Positions 8,856-16,872 are shown, counted from the stretch's first letter. The stretch is 17,258 bases of DNA from Candidatus Omnitrophota bacterium (GCA_043797665.1 JAZDPL010000085.1:1-17258), one strand, 5' to 3'. Program-made: numbers and translations. The notes: generated by a model not told the origin, from the sequence alone.

Positions 8856-10226
8856 TCATTGCGCGGAAAGAACTGATTTAATGATATCTATGGAACGCCG
8901 GGTCGCACCGGTATGCTGACGGACAGCCTGACAACCTTTCTGCCCGACATCTTCAGCCCATTCCGGCTCGGAAAGACACCGGTCAAAGAAACGATAAAGT
9001 CCCTCGGGGTTGTTCACTAAAACCGCGCCGCCCGCCCGGATTAAAAGGTCTCCCTCCTCCCGGAAGTTCCAGGCATGGGGACCAAAGGTAACCGGTTTCC
9101 CAAAAGCCGCCGGCTCCAAGACATTATGTCCGCCATCACCAAAAATGGTAAGACTTCCGCCCACAAAGGCAGACTTACAAGAGGCATACGCCTTGTTTAG
9201 ACATCCCATTACATCAAAGATTAAATACGGGGTATCGTCTTCCTGAACCTTTTCTTTACTCAAAAGTTTGGAAAGAACCTGAAATTTCAAGCCTCGCTGA
9301 GGCAGGATTGAAAATAGATTACTCCGTTCTAAATGGCGCGGCCCAAAAACAATCTTCAAATCCGGATGCCGGACTAATAGTCTTTCGGAAATATCTATCG
9401 CCATTTCCTCCTCTTCCGGATGAATGGAACCGAAAACAATTCCTAATCCCCCTTCTTCCCCCTTTTGCAAAGGGGGATTGAAGGGGATATTATTTACCCC
9501 TGCCTCTTCCTTCAATATCCGCTGGGCTACTGAAACTACCAAATCATACTTCAGGTTACCGGTCGCAGACACCCTCTCCGGCGGTGCCCCCAATTCTTTT
9601 ATCCACTCTGCTTCTTCCCGGCTGCGCATGCCAAAAGCCTGGAATTGAACCAGAATCGGCGCCAGAATTTTTTGGATTCTTCGGTATCTGCGGTAGGCAC
9701 GCGGAGAGAGACAGCCGTTAATCAAAACCGCGGGAATCTTTTTAAGGCTTAAATTAAATAAGAGATTGGGCCAGAGTTCTGTTTCCAAACTAATAAAAAG
9801 GCAGGGTCTGAACCGTCGGATAAAAAAGAAACCCGCCAGAGGCAGGTCGAGCGGGAAATAGGCCACCGGTACATCCGGAAACAACCGCCGGGCGGTTCGG
9901 AACCCGGTCGGGGTAGTGGTAGTAAGAAATACAGGACGCTTCAGTTCTTTTTCAAGCGCCTCAACCAGAAGGGTACTGATGTTTACTTCGCCTACGGAAA
10001 GCGCTTGAACCCAGATACTGCCGGAAACAGGCTTACCGGATGCGGGAAACCCCAGTCCTAAACGACTGAGCACCCCATTAAAACCGCCTCCACGGCGGAA
10101 ATGACGGTTCAAAGTAACCAGAATAAAATAGGGAAGGGTTAAGTGGAAAAGAAGGTTATATAGGAAATACGCCTGCAGTTTACGAGTATGATAAAACGAT
10201 TGTGATATTCTATCGTCCTTCAACAT
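8856..10226 (-). CDS. waaA: 3-deoxy-D-manno-octulosonic acid (Kdo) transferase
   Basis: IWVQALSVGE, TTTTPTG, YFPLD, ETELWPN, TGNLKYD, PRHLER, FVGGSL...GGHNVLEPA. Exact start uncertain (overlaps upstream gene by 17 nt). Confidence 0.93.
   Translation of the reverse strand: MLKDDRISQSFYHTRKLQAYFLYNLLFHLTLPYFILVTLNRHFRRGGGFNGVLSRLGLGFPASGKPVSGSIWVQALSVGEVNISTLLVEALEKELKRPVFLTTTTPTGFRTARRLFPDVPVAYFPLDLPLAGFFFIRRFRPCLFISLETELWPNLLFNLSLKKIPAVLINGCLSPRAYRRYRRIQKILAPILVQFQAFGMRSREEAEWIKELGAPPERVSATGNLKYDLVVSVAQRILKEEAGVNNIPFNPPLQKGEEGGLGIVFGSIHPEEEEMAIDISERLLVRHPDLKIVFGPRHLERSNLFSILPQRGLKFQVLSKLLSKEKVQEDDTPYLIFDVMGCLNKAYASCKSAFVGGSLTIFGDGGHNVLEPAAFGKPVTFGPHAWNFREEGDLLIRAGGAVLVNNPEGLYRFFDRCLSEPEWAEDVGQKGCQAVRQHTGATRRSIDIIKSVLSAQ
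9445..9491. repeat. palindromic element within waaA coding sequence
   Basis: CCCCTTC-T-TCCCCCTTT-TGC-AAAGGGGGA-TT-GAAGGGG nested stem, translated as NIPFNPPLQKGEEGGL. Confidence 0.7.
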
Positions 10227-10950
10227 TAAGTGTTTTTGTTTTCTTTTTTAAGGTTCTCAGGGTAAAATACGTTATTAACCCAACGATGAACAATAAACTC
10301 CAGCCTGAATCTAACTTTATTTCCCCTTCTCCAAGCAGGTCTGCCATAAAATCAAGAAAAGGGAAAGTTGTAGTTATTACAAAGAAAGCAGTGTATTCCC
10401 TCTTCAGAACATTTTTGAATGAAAACGGCAAACCAGGTTTTTGCCAATTTTTGAATCGCGGCAGAAAAGCCGGTGTCCTTTCGGCCCAGGCCAAAAATAA
10501 TGACCCAAACTTTTCTTCCAGAAATTTTTCTTCGGCAAAAATTATCCGCTCGTAATATAACCAGAATGCTAAAAGAGTTATTAAACCAAACCACCATACC
10601 TGAATAAATAATGTTATCCCTAAAAAAATTGCGAAATTCCCCAGATAAAGAGGGTGCCGAACCAGGGAATACATTCCGGTGGTATTAAGCACTTCTGCTA
10701 TCTGTCCTTTTGTGTTTCTGCCCGATGTCCCTTTGGGGACATACCCTATGGTAAAACAACGTATAGCCAGACCGGAAAAAGATACCAATAAACAGGGAAT
10801 CTCCCATAATGACTCCCACCCAAAAGTCCTCTCCAAATATTCAGAGTGTTTTAAAGCAATGAACATAATTGGAAGAATTAAAAAAGGCAGGTAACTTCGC
10901 CGTTCAAAAAGCCACCTGCCTTGCTTTTCTAATTCTTCACGAATGGTCAT
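10210..10950 (-). CDS. lmtA: ICMT/PEMT-family membrane methyltransferase, LmtA-like lipid A phosphate methyltransferase
   Basis: GMYSLVRHPLYLGN and EEKFL..FG ICMT-family motifs; QGxWLFxxRSYLP, TSGRNT, KREY and terminal VEGR match my recollection of Leptospira LmtA; adjacent to waaA. Confidence 0.8.
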   Translation of the reverse strand: MTIREELEKQGRWLFERRSYLPFLILPIMFIALKHSEYLERTFGWESLWEIPCLLVSFSGLAIRCFTIGYVPKGTSGRNTKGQIAEVLNTTGMYSLVRHPLYLGNFAIFLGITLFIQVWWFGLITLLAFWLYYERIIFAEEKFLEEKFGSLFLAWAERTPAFLPRFKNWQKPGLPFSFKNVLKREYTAFFVITTTFPFLDFMADLLGEGEIKLDSGWSLLFIVGLITYFTLRTLKKKTKTLNVEGR

Positions 10951-10954
10951 TTAT

Positions 10955-11716
10955 TCACTCCAGACGAACCGGGATACCCCGGCCGGACAAAAACTCTTTT
11001 ACCTGCTTAATAGTATACTCGCCGTAATGAAAGATGCTTGCCGCTAAAACCGCATCAGCCCGACCTTCGTTTAAAACTTCATAGAGATGTTCTAATTTGC
11101 CCGCCCCACCGGAGGCGATAACCGGCACCGTAACCGCCTCCGATACCTTCCGGGTAAGAAGAACGTCATAGCCGGACTTCGTCCCGTCTTTATCCATACT
11201 GGTAAGGAGAATTTCACCCGCGCCCAGGGTTACCACTTTCTTCGCCCAGTCAACCGCAGAGAGTCCGGTGGGCTTCCGGCCGCCGTAAGTGTAGACCTCC
11301 CATTCCTCCGGTCCGGACATCTTGGCATCAATCGCCACCACCATACACTGATTACCGAACTTCTCCGCGCCGGTAGCAATTAAATCCGGATTTTCCACCG
11401 CACTGGTATTCAGGGAAACCTTATCTGCACCGGCCCGCAGGATATCCTTGATATCAATAATATTCCTGATACCGCCACCCACGGTCAGAGGAATAAAGAC
11501 CGAACCGGCTGTCTTCTCCACTACCTCCAGAAGAGTACCCCGTCTCTCAAAGGAAGCGGTAATATCAAGAAAAACCAGTTCGTCTGCTCCTTCCTGACTG
11601 TAAGTGGCGCCGGCCTCAACCGGGTCACCGGCATCCCTGAGGTTCTGAAAGTGTACTCCCTTAACGACCCGGCCGTCTTTCACGTCTAGACAGGGAATAA
11701 TCCGCTTGGTCAACAT
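10955..11716 (-). CDS. hisF: imidazole glycerol phosphate synthase cyclase subunit
   Basis: [66 protein letters not shown]. Confidence 0.99.
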   Translation of the reverse strand: MLTKRIIPCLDVKDGRVVKGVHFQNLRDAGDPVEAGATYSQEGADELVFLDITASFERRGTLLEVVEKTAGSVFIPLTVGGGIRNIIDIKDILRAGADKVSLNTSAVENPDLIATGAEKFGNQCMVVAIDAKMSGPEEWEVYTYGGRKPTGLSAVDWAKKVVTLGAGEILLTSMDKDGTKSGYDVLLTRKVSEAVTVPVIASGGAGKLEHLYEVLNEGRADAVLAASIFHYGEYTIKQVKEFLSGRGIPVRLE

Positions 11717-11778
11717 AGGCCCCCTTATCTCTTTATTGTGCCAAAATGCCCCATAATTGTCAAATCGTCGTCGTCACT

Positions 11779-11809
11779 CCCCACCATCCTGTCGCAATCA
11801 GTTTTGACT
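11779..11809 (+). repeat. motif B copy 1
   Basis: CCCCACCATCCTGTCGCAATCAGTTTTGACT. Confidence 0.85.
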
Positions 11810-11896
11810 TACCCTAAACTTTGGGTAATTCGATACGGGGGAGTTGTACGTCTTCAGCCAGCGGTGGACAAACTGGGCCTTTTCTTATGTGTTGAA

Positions 11897-11995
11897 GGAG
11901 AGTTGAACAAGGTTCGAACCGGAATCAGGCTTAAAATACCCCCCTTTTCTTGTTATCCCCCCTACTCCACCCTCCAGTCGTAATTAACTTTGACT
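11897..11995 (+). repeat. short A-B unit (motif A 11897-11920, motif B 11960-11995); direct repeat of 16776-16872
   Basis: GGAGAGTTGAACAAGGTTCGAACCGGAATCAGGCTTAAAATACCCC...TGTTATCCCCCCTACTCCACCCTCCAGTCGTAATTA aligns end to end with 16776-16872. Confidence 0.9.
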
Positions 11996-12018
11996 TGACT
12001 TTAGCAAGGTGATAACAT
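11990..12018 (+). promoter_or_regulatory. sigma70-type promoter, -35 lying in motif B
   Basis: TTGACT (11990-11995), 17 nt, TGn-TAACAT (-10 at 12013-12018), upstream of the 12080 gene. Confidence 0.6.
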
Positions 12019-12079
12019 TTAGAGAGGCCAATTACAAACCCAGTGTGTATATTAAATATCAACAAGGAGGGTATACAAG

Positions 12080-13258
12080 ATGCCTACTCGACAAAACAGA
12101 TTAAGGTGGCTAGGAAGGTATGACAGCGGTATAGTACAGAAAACCAAGTTGGATATTATTTTATTTCTTTTTTGTTCCATCATTTTTGCAGTTTTTTCTT
12201 CTGGTGGGTCTGAAGAACAGCCGACGGATACAATCATCACCGTCATTGTTGATAAAAGAGGTGGAAGAGTAGATTGGTCACATACCAATAATATAATAAC
12301 TCACTGTAGGTATGGCTATGACGGATATTATGATTTATGGACAATGAATCCGGACGGTTCTGGGGCGAAATGTCTGACAGGTAATAAACCGGGCATTCCT
12401 CAATTACATAATGGACAACCAACATGGCATTCCAGTGGTAAATATATTGTCTTTCAATCTCAAGACCCGGCCTTACCCCATACCAAAGAAATAGATTATG
12501 CTTACACCGAAGCAGGACATGGCTTACACAATAATCTCTGGATTACCAATCCCGAAGGCGACAAATTTTATCAACTGACAAAAATTAAAATAGGCGGAGC
12601 GATACTGCATCCCTGTTTTTCTCGCGATGGCAAAAGGCTTTTATGGTCGGAAAAGGTTGGTAAGAATTCATTAGATTGGGCAATTAAAATTGCTGATTTT
12701 ATTGAAACTCCCACGCCCCATCTAGGAAATATAAAATCATATCAACCAGCGGGAAAAACATGGTACGAAGCACACGAGTTTTCTGTAGATGGCTCAAAAA
12801 TTCTATGTACTATCGGGTCGGGTACCGAGGCTTATTACAATTATGACATTTGGGAAATGGATATGGCAACGCAAAAATTAATCCAATTGACTAATACGCA
12901 GGATGAGTGGGACGAACATGCCCATTATTCACCTGACGGGAAAAAGATTTCTTGGATAAGTAGCAAAGGATATCCGTATAACCCTTCCAAGTGGGGACTA
13001 ACTCTCAAAACGGACTTGTGGATAATGGACGCCGATGGTTCCAACAAAGAAAGAATTACATATTTTAACGAGCCGGGTTATCAAGAATATACCGGCAAAC
13101 AAATGGTTATGTCCGACAATAGCTGGGGCCCGGATGGGAAAAAAATAGTGGCAATCATAATGGCTCCAAAAATGGGCCGGAAATCTGCCCAGATAGTTAT
13201 AATAGATTTGAAAAAGGCGCTGCTTCGGTCCAAAAAGAAGGTGGTATCCTATAATTGA
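12080..13258 (+). CDS. exported TolB-like/PD40-repeat beta-propeller protein
   Basis: AGGAGG SD; hydrophobic N-terminal segment; repeated P.WS.DG-type blades (PTWHSSGK, PCFSRDGK, FSVDGS, AHYSPDGKK, SWGPDGKK) and LW.M..DGS motifs. Confidence 0.85.
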   Translation: MPTRQNRLRWLGRYDSGIVQKTKLDIILFLFCSIIFAVFSSGGSEEQPTDTIITVIVDKRGGRVDWSHTNNIITHCRYGYDGYYDLWTMNPDGSGAKCLTGNKPGIPQLHNGQPTWHSSGKYIVFQSQDPALPHTKEIDYAYTEAGHGLHNNLWITNPEGDKFYQLTKIKIGGAILHPCFSRDGKRLLWSEKVGKNSLDWAIKIADFIETPTPHLGNIKSYQPAGKTWYEAHEFSVDGSKILCTIGSGTEAYYNYDIWEMDMATQKLIQLTNTQDEWDEHAHYSPDGKKISWISSKGYPYNPSKWGLTLKTDLWIMDADGSNKERITYFNEPGYQEYTGKQMVMSDNSWGPDGKKIVAIIMAPKMGRKSAQIVIIDLKKALLRSKKKVVSYN

Positions 13259-13344
13259 CTTTGGCAGGCTTGGGAAATTCCGAATAATCAATCCTTTTGT
13301 TTCTATTAGTCCAGAACTATATTGTAATATTTAAAAATTCGCCA

Positions 13345-13499
13345 CTGGGACGAGTGGACGACTTCCGAACTTTTAAGTGGCTTGAAACCATCCCCTACCC
13401 TCAACAGATGCTATTGAAAATCAAGGACTTTCTGCAATTTTCACCTGATTTCTCAACTTCCTTCCCTAAGAATCCCTACTCCACCATCCAGTTACAATT
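13345..13499 (+). repeat. long A-B unit (motif A 13345-13370, motif B 13474-13499); direct repeat of 14661-14828
   Basis: Shares e.g. AACAGAT(G/A)CTATTGAAAATCAAGGACTT and TGCAATTTTCACC with the 14661 copy. Confidence 0.92.
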
Positions 13500-13528
13500 C
13501 AGGATTTATGCTGAGTGTGTAGTGGGTG

Positions 13529-13557
13529 TTGACATAATTAAACTTTTATATTATTAT
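13529..13557 (+). promoter_or_regulatory. promoter of toxin-antitoxin operon
   Basis: TTGACA (13529-13534), 17 nt, TATTAT (13552-13557), then AGGAGG SD. Confidence 0.75.
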
Positions 13558-13577
13558 ATCAAACAGGAGGAAGGAAT

Positions 13578-13802
13578 ATGGTTACTACAACCGTAAGATT
13601 ACCGGAAGAAAAACTAAAATTGACTAAAGCGATTGCTGGATATGAAGGCAGGTCTTTGAGCAAAGTCTTTGAAGAGCTGGTGGATGAATATATCATCATG
13701 CATCGGGAAACGATGGAACTTCTCAATATTCCGGGGTTTGAAATGGAGTGTCTCCAGGGACTGGAGGAAATAAGGAAAGGCAAAGGCAAGAGGCTTGGAT
13801 GA
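13578..13802 (+). CDS. type II antitoxin (RHH-like N-terminus)
   Basis: TTTVRLPE...AGYEGRSLSKVFEELVDEYI; acidic C-terminal half with ETMELL; ATGA overlap with the toxin. Confidence 0.8.
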   Translation: MVTTTVRLPEEKLKLTKAIAGYEGRSLSKVFEELVDEYIIMHRETMELLNIPGFEMECLQGLEEIRKGKGKRLG

Positions 13803-14068
13803 AATGGGAAGTTCAATTATCCTCTAAGGCAGAAAAATATTACCACCGGTTACCCGAGAAAATAAGAAAAAAAGTTCTTACTGAACTTTTCAAGTTAAGT
13901 ATACTGGATATAGTCCTTTCTCATCCGGATGTAAAACCATTGATTGGAAAGCTGAAGGGGTTTTATCGCCTAAGGGTTGGGAAATACCGCGTTATCTTCG
14001 GTCTCTTAAAAAATGAGGGCATTATCGCGGTGGTAAACATCCATCCGAGAGGCGATGTCTATAAATAA
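13799..14068 (+). CDS. RelE/ParE family toxin
   Basis: MKWEVQLSSKAEKYYHRL...VKPLIGKLKGFYRLRVGKYRVIF...IHPRGDVYK; start placed at ATG 13799, coupled to the antitoxin stop. Confidence 0.9.
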   Translation: MKWEVQLSSKAEKYYHRLPEKIRKKVLTELFKLSILDIVLSHPDVKPLIGKLKGFYRLRVGKYRVIFGLLKNEGIIAVVNIHPRGDVYK

Positions 14069-14070
14069 AA

Positions 14071-14298
14071 ATGGAAGAGATGGACGGGTTCGAACTGGGG
14101 AGGGTGAAAACCATCCAAGATTTTCGGCAGTTTTACAAAAATATCATCATTAAGATAAAAGGAAGCCACATTACCATCAAAATGCCAACCGGACAATTAA
14201 TAACCATTCCGGTAACAAAAGAGTTGAAGATTGGACTGTTAAAAGACGCATTACGAAAGGCAGGACTTACTGAAACTCAATTTTCGGAACTTTCATGA
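14071..14298 (+). pseudogene. chimeric/5'-truncated HicA-family toxin remnant
   Basis: C-terminal IKGSHITIK...ITIP...ELKIGLLKDALRKAGLT fits HicA; the first ~22 codons derive from motif A and its tail; no hicB seen. Confidence 0.65.
14072..14135 (+). repeat. motif A copy with internally deleted long tail
   Basis: TGGAAGAGATGGACGGGTTCGAACTGG then ATCCAAGATTTTCGGCAGTTT (IQDFRQF, compare IKDFLQF in the long units). Confidence 0.7.
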
Positions 14299-14571
14299 GG
14301 ACATGGCATCAAACACCCTTACCTTGATTAGACAAAGGTTCTCTTTATTGATGACCTCATAGATTTCGTTCAAGTTTTGCTGATTTGGTTCTTGTTTGTT
14401 GTCAGTCAAGTAAAAGGTGTTTAATCCATGAAAAATAATATTTGCCCTACTATTTATAGTTTCGGGATTAAACTGCGATACGAAAAGTAGACTATATTTC
14501 ACACTTAAATTGCTTATTATTGTTCTTCTTATCTGGATTATACTCTGCGTATTCCGGTCCATGGGAGCCAC
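14293..14571 (-). CDS. hypothetical protein or gene fragment
   Basis: 92-codon ORF in AT-rich DNA, AGGTGAG-like SD near the start; no recognisable motif. Confidence 0.3.
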   Translation of the reverse strand: MAPMDRNTQSIIQIRRTIISNLSVKYSLLFVSQFNPETINSRANIIFHGLNTFYLTDNKQEPNQQNLNEIYEVINKENLCLIKVRVFDAMSS

Positions 14572-14603
14572 TCACCTGTAGTAAACGTCGGTACACTACA
14601 GAA

Positions 14604-14664
14604 TTCGCAATGACTGAGATTCTTCGGCTTCGCCTCAGAATGACAGAAGGAAATTTTTAGCTGG
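14604..14664 (+). repeat. REP-like unit plus flanks; direct repeat of 16969-17030
   Basis: TTCGCAATGACTG(A/G)GATTCTTCGGCTTCGCCTCAGAATGACA...AATTTTTAGCTGG at both sites. Confidence 0.9.
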
Positions 14665-14828
14665 GAGAGGTGGATGTATTTCGAACCTTTCAATGGTTAG
14701 AAACTATTCCTTACCCTTAACAGATACTATTGAAAATCAAGGACTTCTTGCAATTTTCACCCGATCTCTTAACTTCCACCCCTCCCTATGAATCCCCTAC
14801 CCCACCATCCCGTCGCAAATAGTTTTGA
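14661..14828 (+). repeat. long A-B unit (motif A 14661-14687, motif B 14795-14828)
   Basis: Colinear with 13345-13499. Confidence 0.92.
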
Positions 14829-14853
14829 TTAGTATCTTAAAATGTGGTATGCT
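14825..14853 (+). promoter_or_regulatory. sigma70-type promoter, -35 lying in motif B
   Basis: TTGATT (14825-14830), 17 nt, TGn-TATGCT (-10 at 14848-14853), upstream of the pilin-like gene. Confidence 0.6.
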
Positions 14854-14899
14854 TTAATATGATTGGGTTCTATCTGTCTTTTAAGAGTACAATACTCAC

Positions 14900-15487
14900 G
14901 TGCAAAATGCGGTGATTAAAAAAAAGAAACGTAACTTCACCCTAATCGAACTTCTGGTTAGTATAGCTATTATCACCCTGTTAGCAGCGATGATTCTAAG
15001 CGCAATCTCCCGAACAAGAGAAAAAACCCAAAGTATTGTCTGCCTTAATAATCTCAGGCAGTTAGGATTGGCAATTCAAATGTACACTCAGGATAACTAC
15101 GAGAACTTACCCAGTGAAATTGGTTGGATAGATGAAGTGAGTAAGTATGTATATGAGAAAGAAGAAATCTATTCCTGCCCATCAGAAAAGAACAAAAGAG
15201 GTGCTACCGACTACGGATATAATGCCAAGGCAGCCAATAGAAAGTTGTCGGGCAGCAACCACGTTGGCATTTTTCCCCTTATCTTTGACCGTAACCCAGG
15301 GGCAGATCCGGTCCTGGCCGCTGACCCTGACCCGGGCAGTCCTAACTATTATGCTAATTTTTACTATGACTTCTGCTCCAACCGGCATTATGGCGGTACA
15401 AATTTCCTCTTTTTAGATGGTCACGCTACCTGGATTAAAGCTCCGATGAGTGCAGAAATTAACATCCTAAATTTTAATCCTGAGTGA
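14900..15487 (+). CDS. prepilin-type N-terminal cleavage/methylation protein with DUF1559-like region and H-X9-DG motif
   Basis: KKKKRN-FTLIELLVSIAII, CLNNLRQLGLA, CPS, RHYGGTNFLFLDGHA. Confidence 0.9.
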   Translation: MQNAVIKKKKRNFTLIELLVSIAIITLLAAMILSAISRTREKTQSIVCLNNLRQLGLAIQMYTQDNYENLPSEIGWIDEVSKYVYEKEEIYSCPSEKNKRGATDYGYNAKAANRKLSGSNHVGIFPLIFDRNPGADPVLAADPDPGSPNYYANFYYDFCSNRHYGGTNFLFLDGHATWIKAPMSAEINILNFNPE

Positions 15488-15494
15488 TAACCTG

Positions 15495-16481
15495 TTACTT
15501 TGCGTCTTTGACACAGCGGAACCCTAATTTTGTCGCCGCAGTTGTTCCCTTAAACCGTACAAAGGTAGAGAGTTCAGCCGAACCATCTTCAAATGATCCT
15601 CCTTTAACTACCTTCCAACGCTTATTACCGGCGCTGTAAGGAGTGGCGGTCCACTCCCGGACATTACCTGCCATGTCAAAAACACCAAAAGAACTGCAGT
15701 CAAATGGAAAACTGCCCACCGGCATTGTTGTCCCTCTGCTTGCTGGATCGCCCTGACTGTTGGCCATTGTGGGTTTATAATCATTTCCCCATGGATAGGT
15801 AAGACCTTCATTCCCCCGAGCCGCCCATTCCCACTCTTCTTCGGTCGGCAACCTTTTTCCCCGCCAGTTTGCATAGCTTTCGGCATCTTCACATGTAACA
15901 TTGACCACCGGATGGTCGGCAAACTCTGCTGGATAACCACCGTCGTGCCAGATATCATATTTTGCACCCCTGGGATCGGCCGGTGCTTTGTAACCGGTCG
16001 CCTTAACAAAATCATAATACTGGCGGTTGGTAACTTCGTATTTATAAATATAGAAAGCCGTCATCTGGTTCTTTACAGGTTTTCCGTTCTCATCCCAACC
16101 CATAACGTATTCACCCCCGGGAATCAAAACCATGCTTTCTGAAGGCACTGAAACTGACGTTGTTCCTGTTGGCACTGAACTACCACCGCCTCCGGTACTC
16201 GGTACGGAATATTCCACAGTCGCTTGGGATTGAGGTTGGAGACCAACAACCCCCTTTTTCATTTCAGTAGGACTGGCAGTAGTATGCTCTTTTATTACCG
16301 TACTTATCTTGCGGTATATTTTGAATCCAAGCAAACTCAAACCAGCAATTACACCAAGAGTGACCAAAATTCGGAAAAGAATTCGGATCTTTTGAGGAAT
16401 GGGGTTCTTTGGAGGAGATGATTTGATTAATTTAATTATCTCGGCCGCATCTTTTTGTTCAATAAGAATCTTCGGTGACAT
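15495..16481 (-). CDS. membrane-anchored FGE-sulfatase (SUMF1/EgtB-like) domain protein
   Basis: N-terminal TM helix, Ser/Thr/Gly linker, EVTN.QY, HPVVNVT..DA, RLPTEEEWEWAARG, DMAGNVREWT, KGGSF, GFRC. Confidence 0.9.
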   Translation of the reverse strand: MSPKILIEQKDAAEIIKLIKSSPPKNPIPQKIRILFRILVTLGVIAGLSLLGFKIYRKISTVIKEHTTASPTEMKKGVVGLQPQSQATVEYSVPSTGGGGSSVPTGTTSVSVPSESMVLIPGGEYVMGWDENGKPVKNQMTAFYIYKYEVTNRQYYDFVKATGYKAPADPRGAKYDIWHDGGYPAEFADHPVVNVTCEDAESYANWRGKRLPTEEEWEWAARGNEGLTYPWGNDYKPTMANSQGDPASRGTTMPVGSFPFDCSSFGVFDMAGNVREWTATPYSAGNKRWKVVKGGSFEDGSAELSTFVRFKGTTAATKLGFRCVKDAK

Positions 16482-16662
16482 ATTAGTATAATCACCTTAA
16501 AAAATTGGGCTCAATCAGTGTAATATGTTAGCAATTCTAAAAATTACTACCTTATAATTTATCCTATTTCTCAGAATAAGTCAATTATTTGGTTTACTGA
16601 CTTTGCCAAGACTTTTCTGTAAAATTGGGTAATTATTATCAGAAAGGAAAAATGGGGCACCG

Positions 16663-16746
16663 CTGGGAGGATTGGACACTATCCGAACCGCCTTTCATAG
16701 ACTGGATAAGTACGTTTATATCCCCAAGATGAGCCTGCCAGCTTAG
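16663..16746 (+). repeat. motif A copy opening a different orphan coding tail
   Basis: CTGGGAGGATTGGACACTATCCGAACC...; reads LGGLDTIRTAFHRLDKYVYIPKMSLPA*. Confidence 0.7.
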
Positions 16747-16775
16747 GTTTCCGCTGTTTTTTCGGTCAGGTAAGA

Positions 16776-16872
16776 GGGAGAGGTGGACGGGTTCAAACTG
16801 GTATCAGACTTAAAAATACCCCCTTGTCTCCTGTTATCCCCCCTACCCCACCATCCAGTTACAATTAGTTTG
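16776..16872 (+). repeat. short A-B unit (motif A 16776-16800, motif B 16841-16872)
   Basis: Colinear with 11897-11995. Confidence 0.9.

Noticed and set aside
21..10894. Numerous plus-strand and nested short ORFs in the track
   Set aside because: Antisense or frame shadows of well-supported minus-strand genes.
11897..11920. tRNA genes suggested by GGTTCGAA
   Set aside because: No D-arm, anticodon arm or full cloverleaf can be formed around any copy.
11738..11983. 81-aa ORF
   Set aside because: Made largely of motif B/A/B repeats, with no SD or domain.
13297..13596. 99-aa ORF as a standalone gene
   Set aside because: TTG start without SD, spans the repeat and the TA promoter; better explained as an orphan tail.
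15495..16481. DGR target (FGE-type CLec fold)
   Set aside because: No template repeat differing at adenines and no reverse transcriptase in the window; a remote DGR cannot be excluded.
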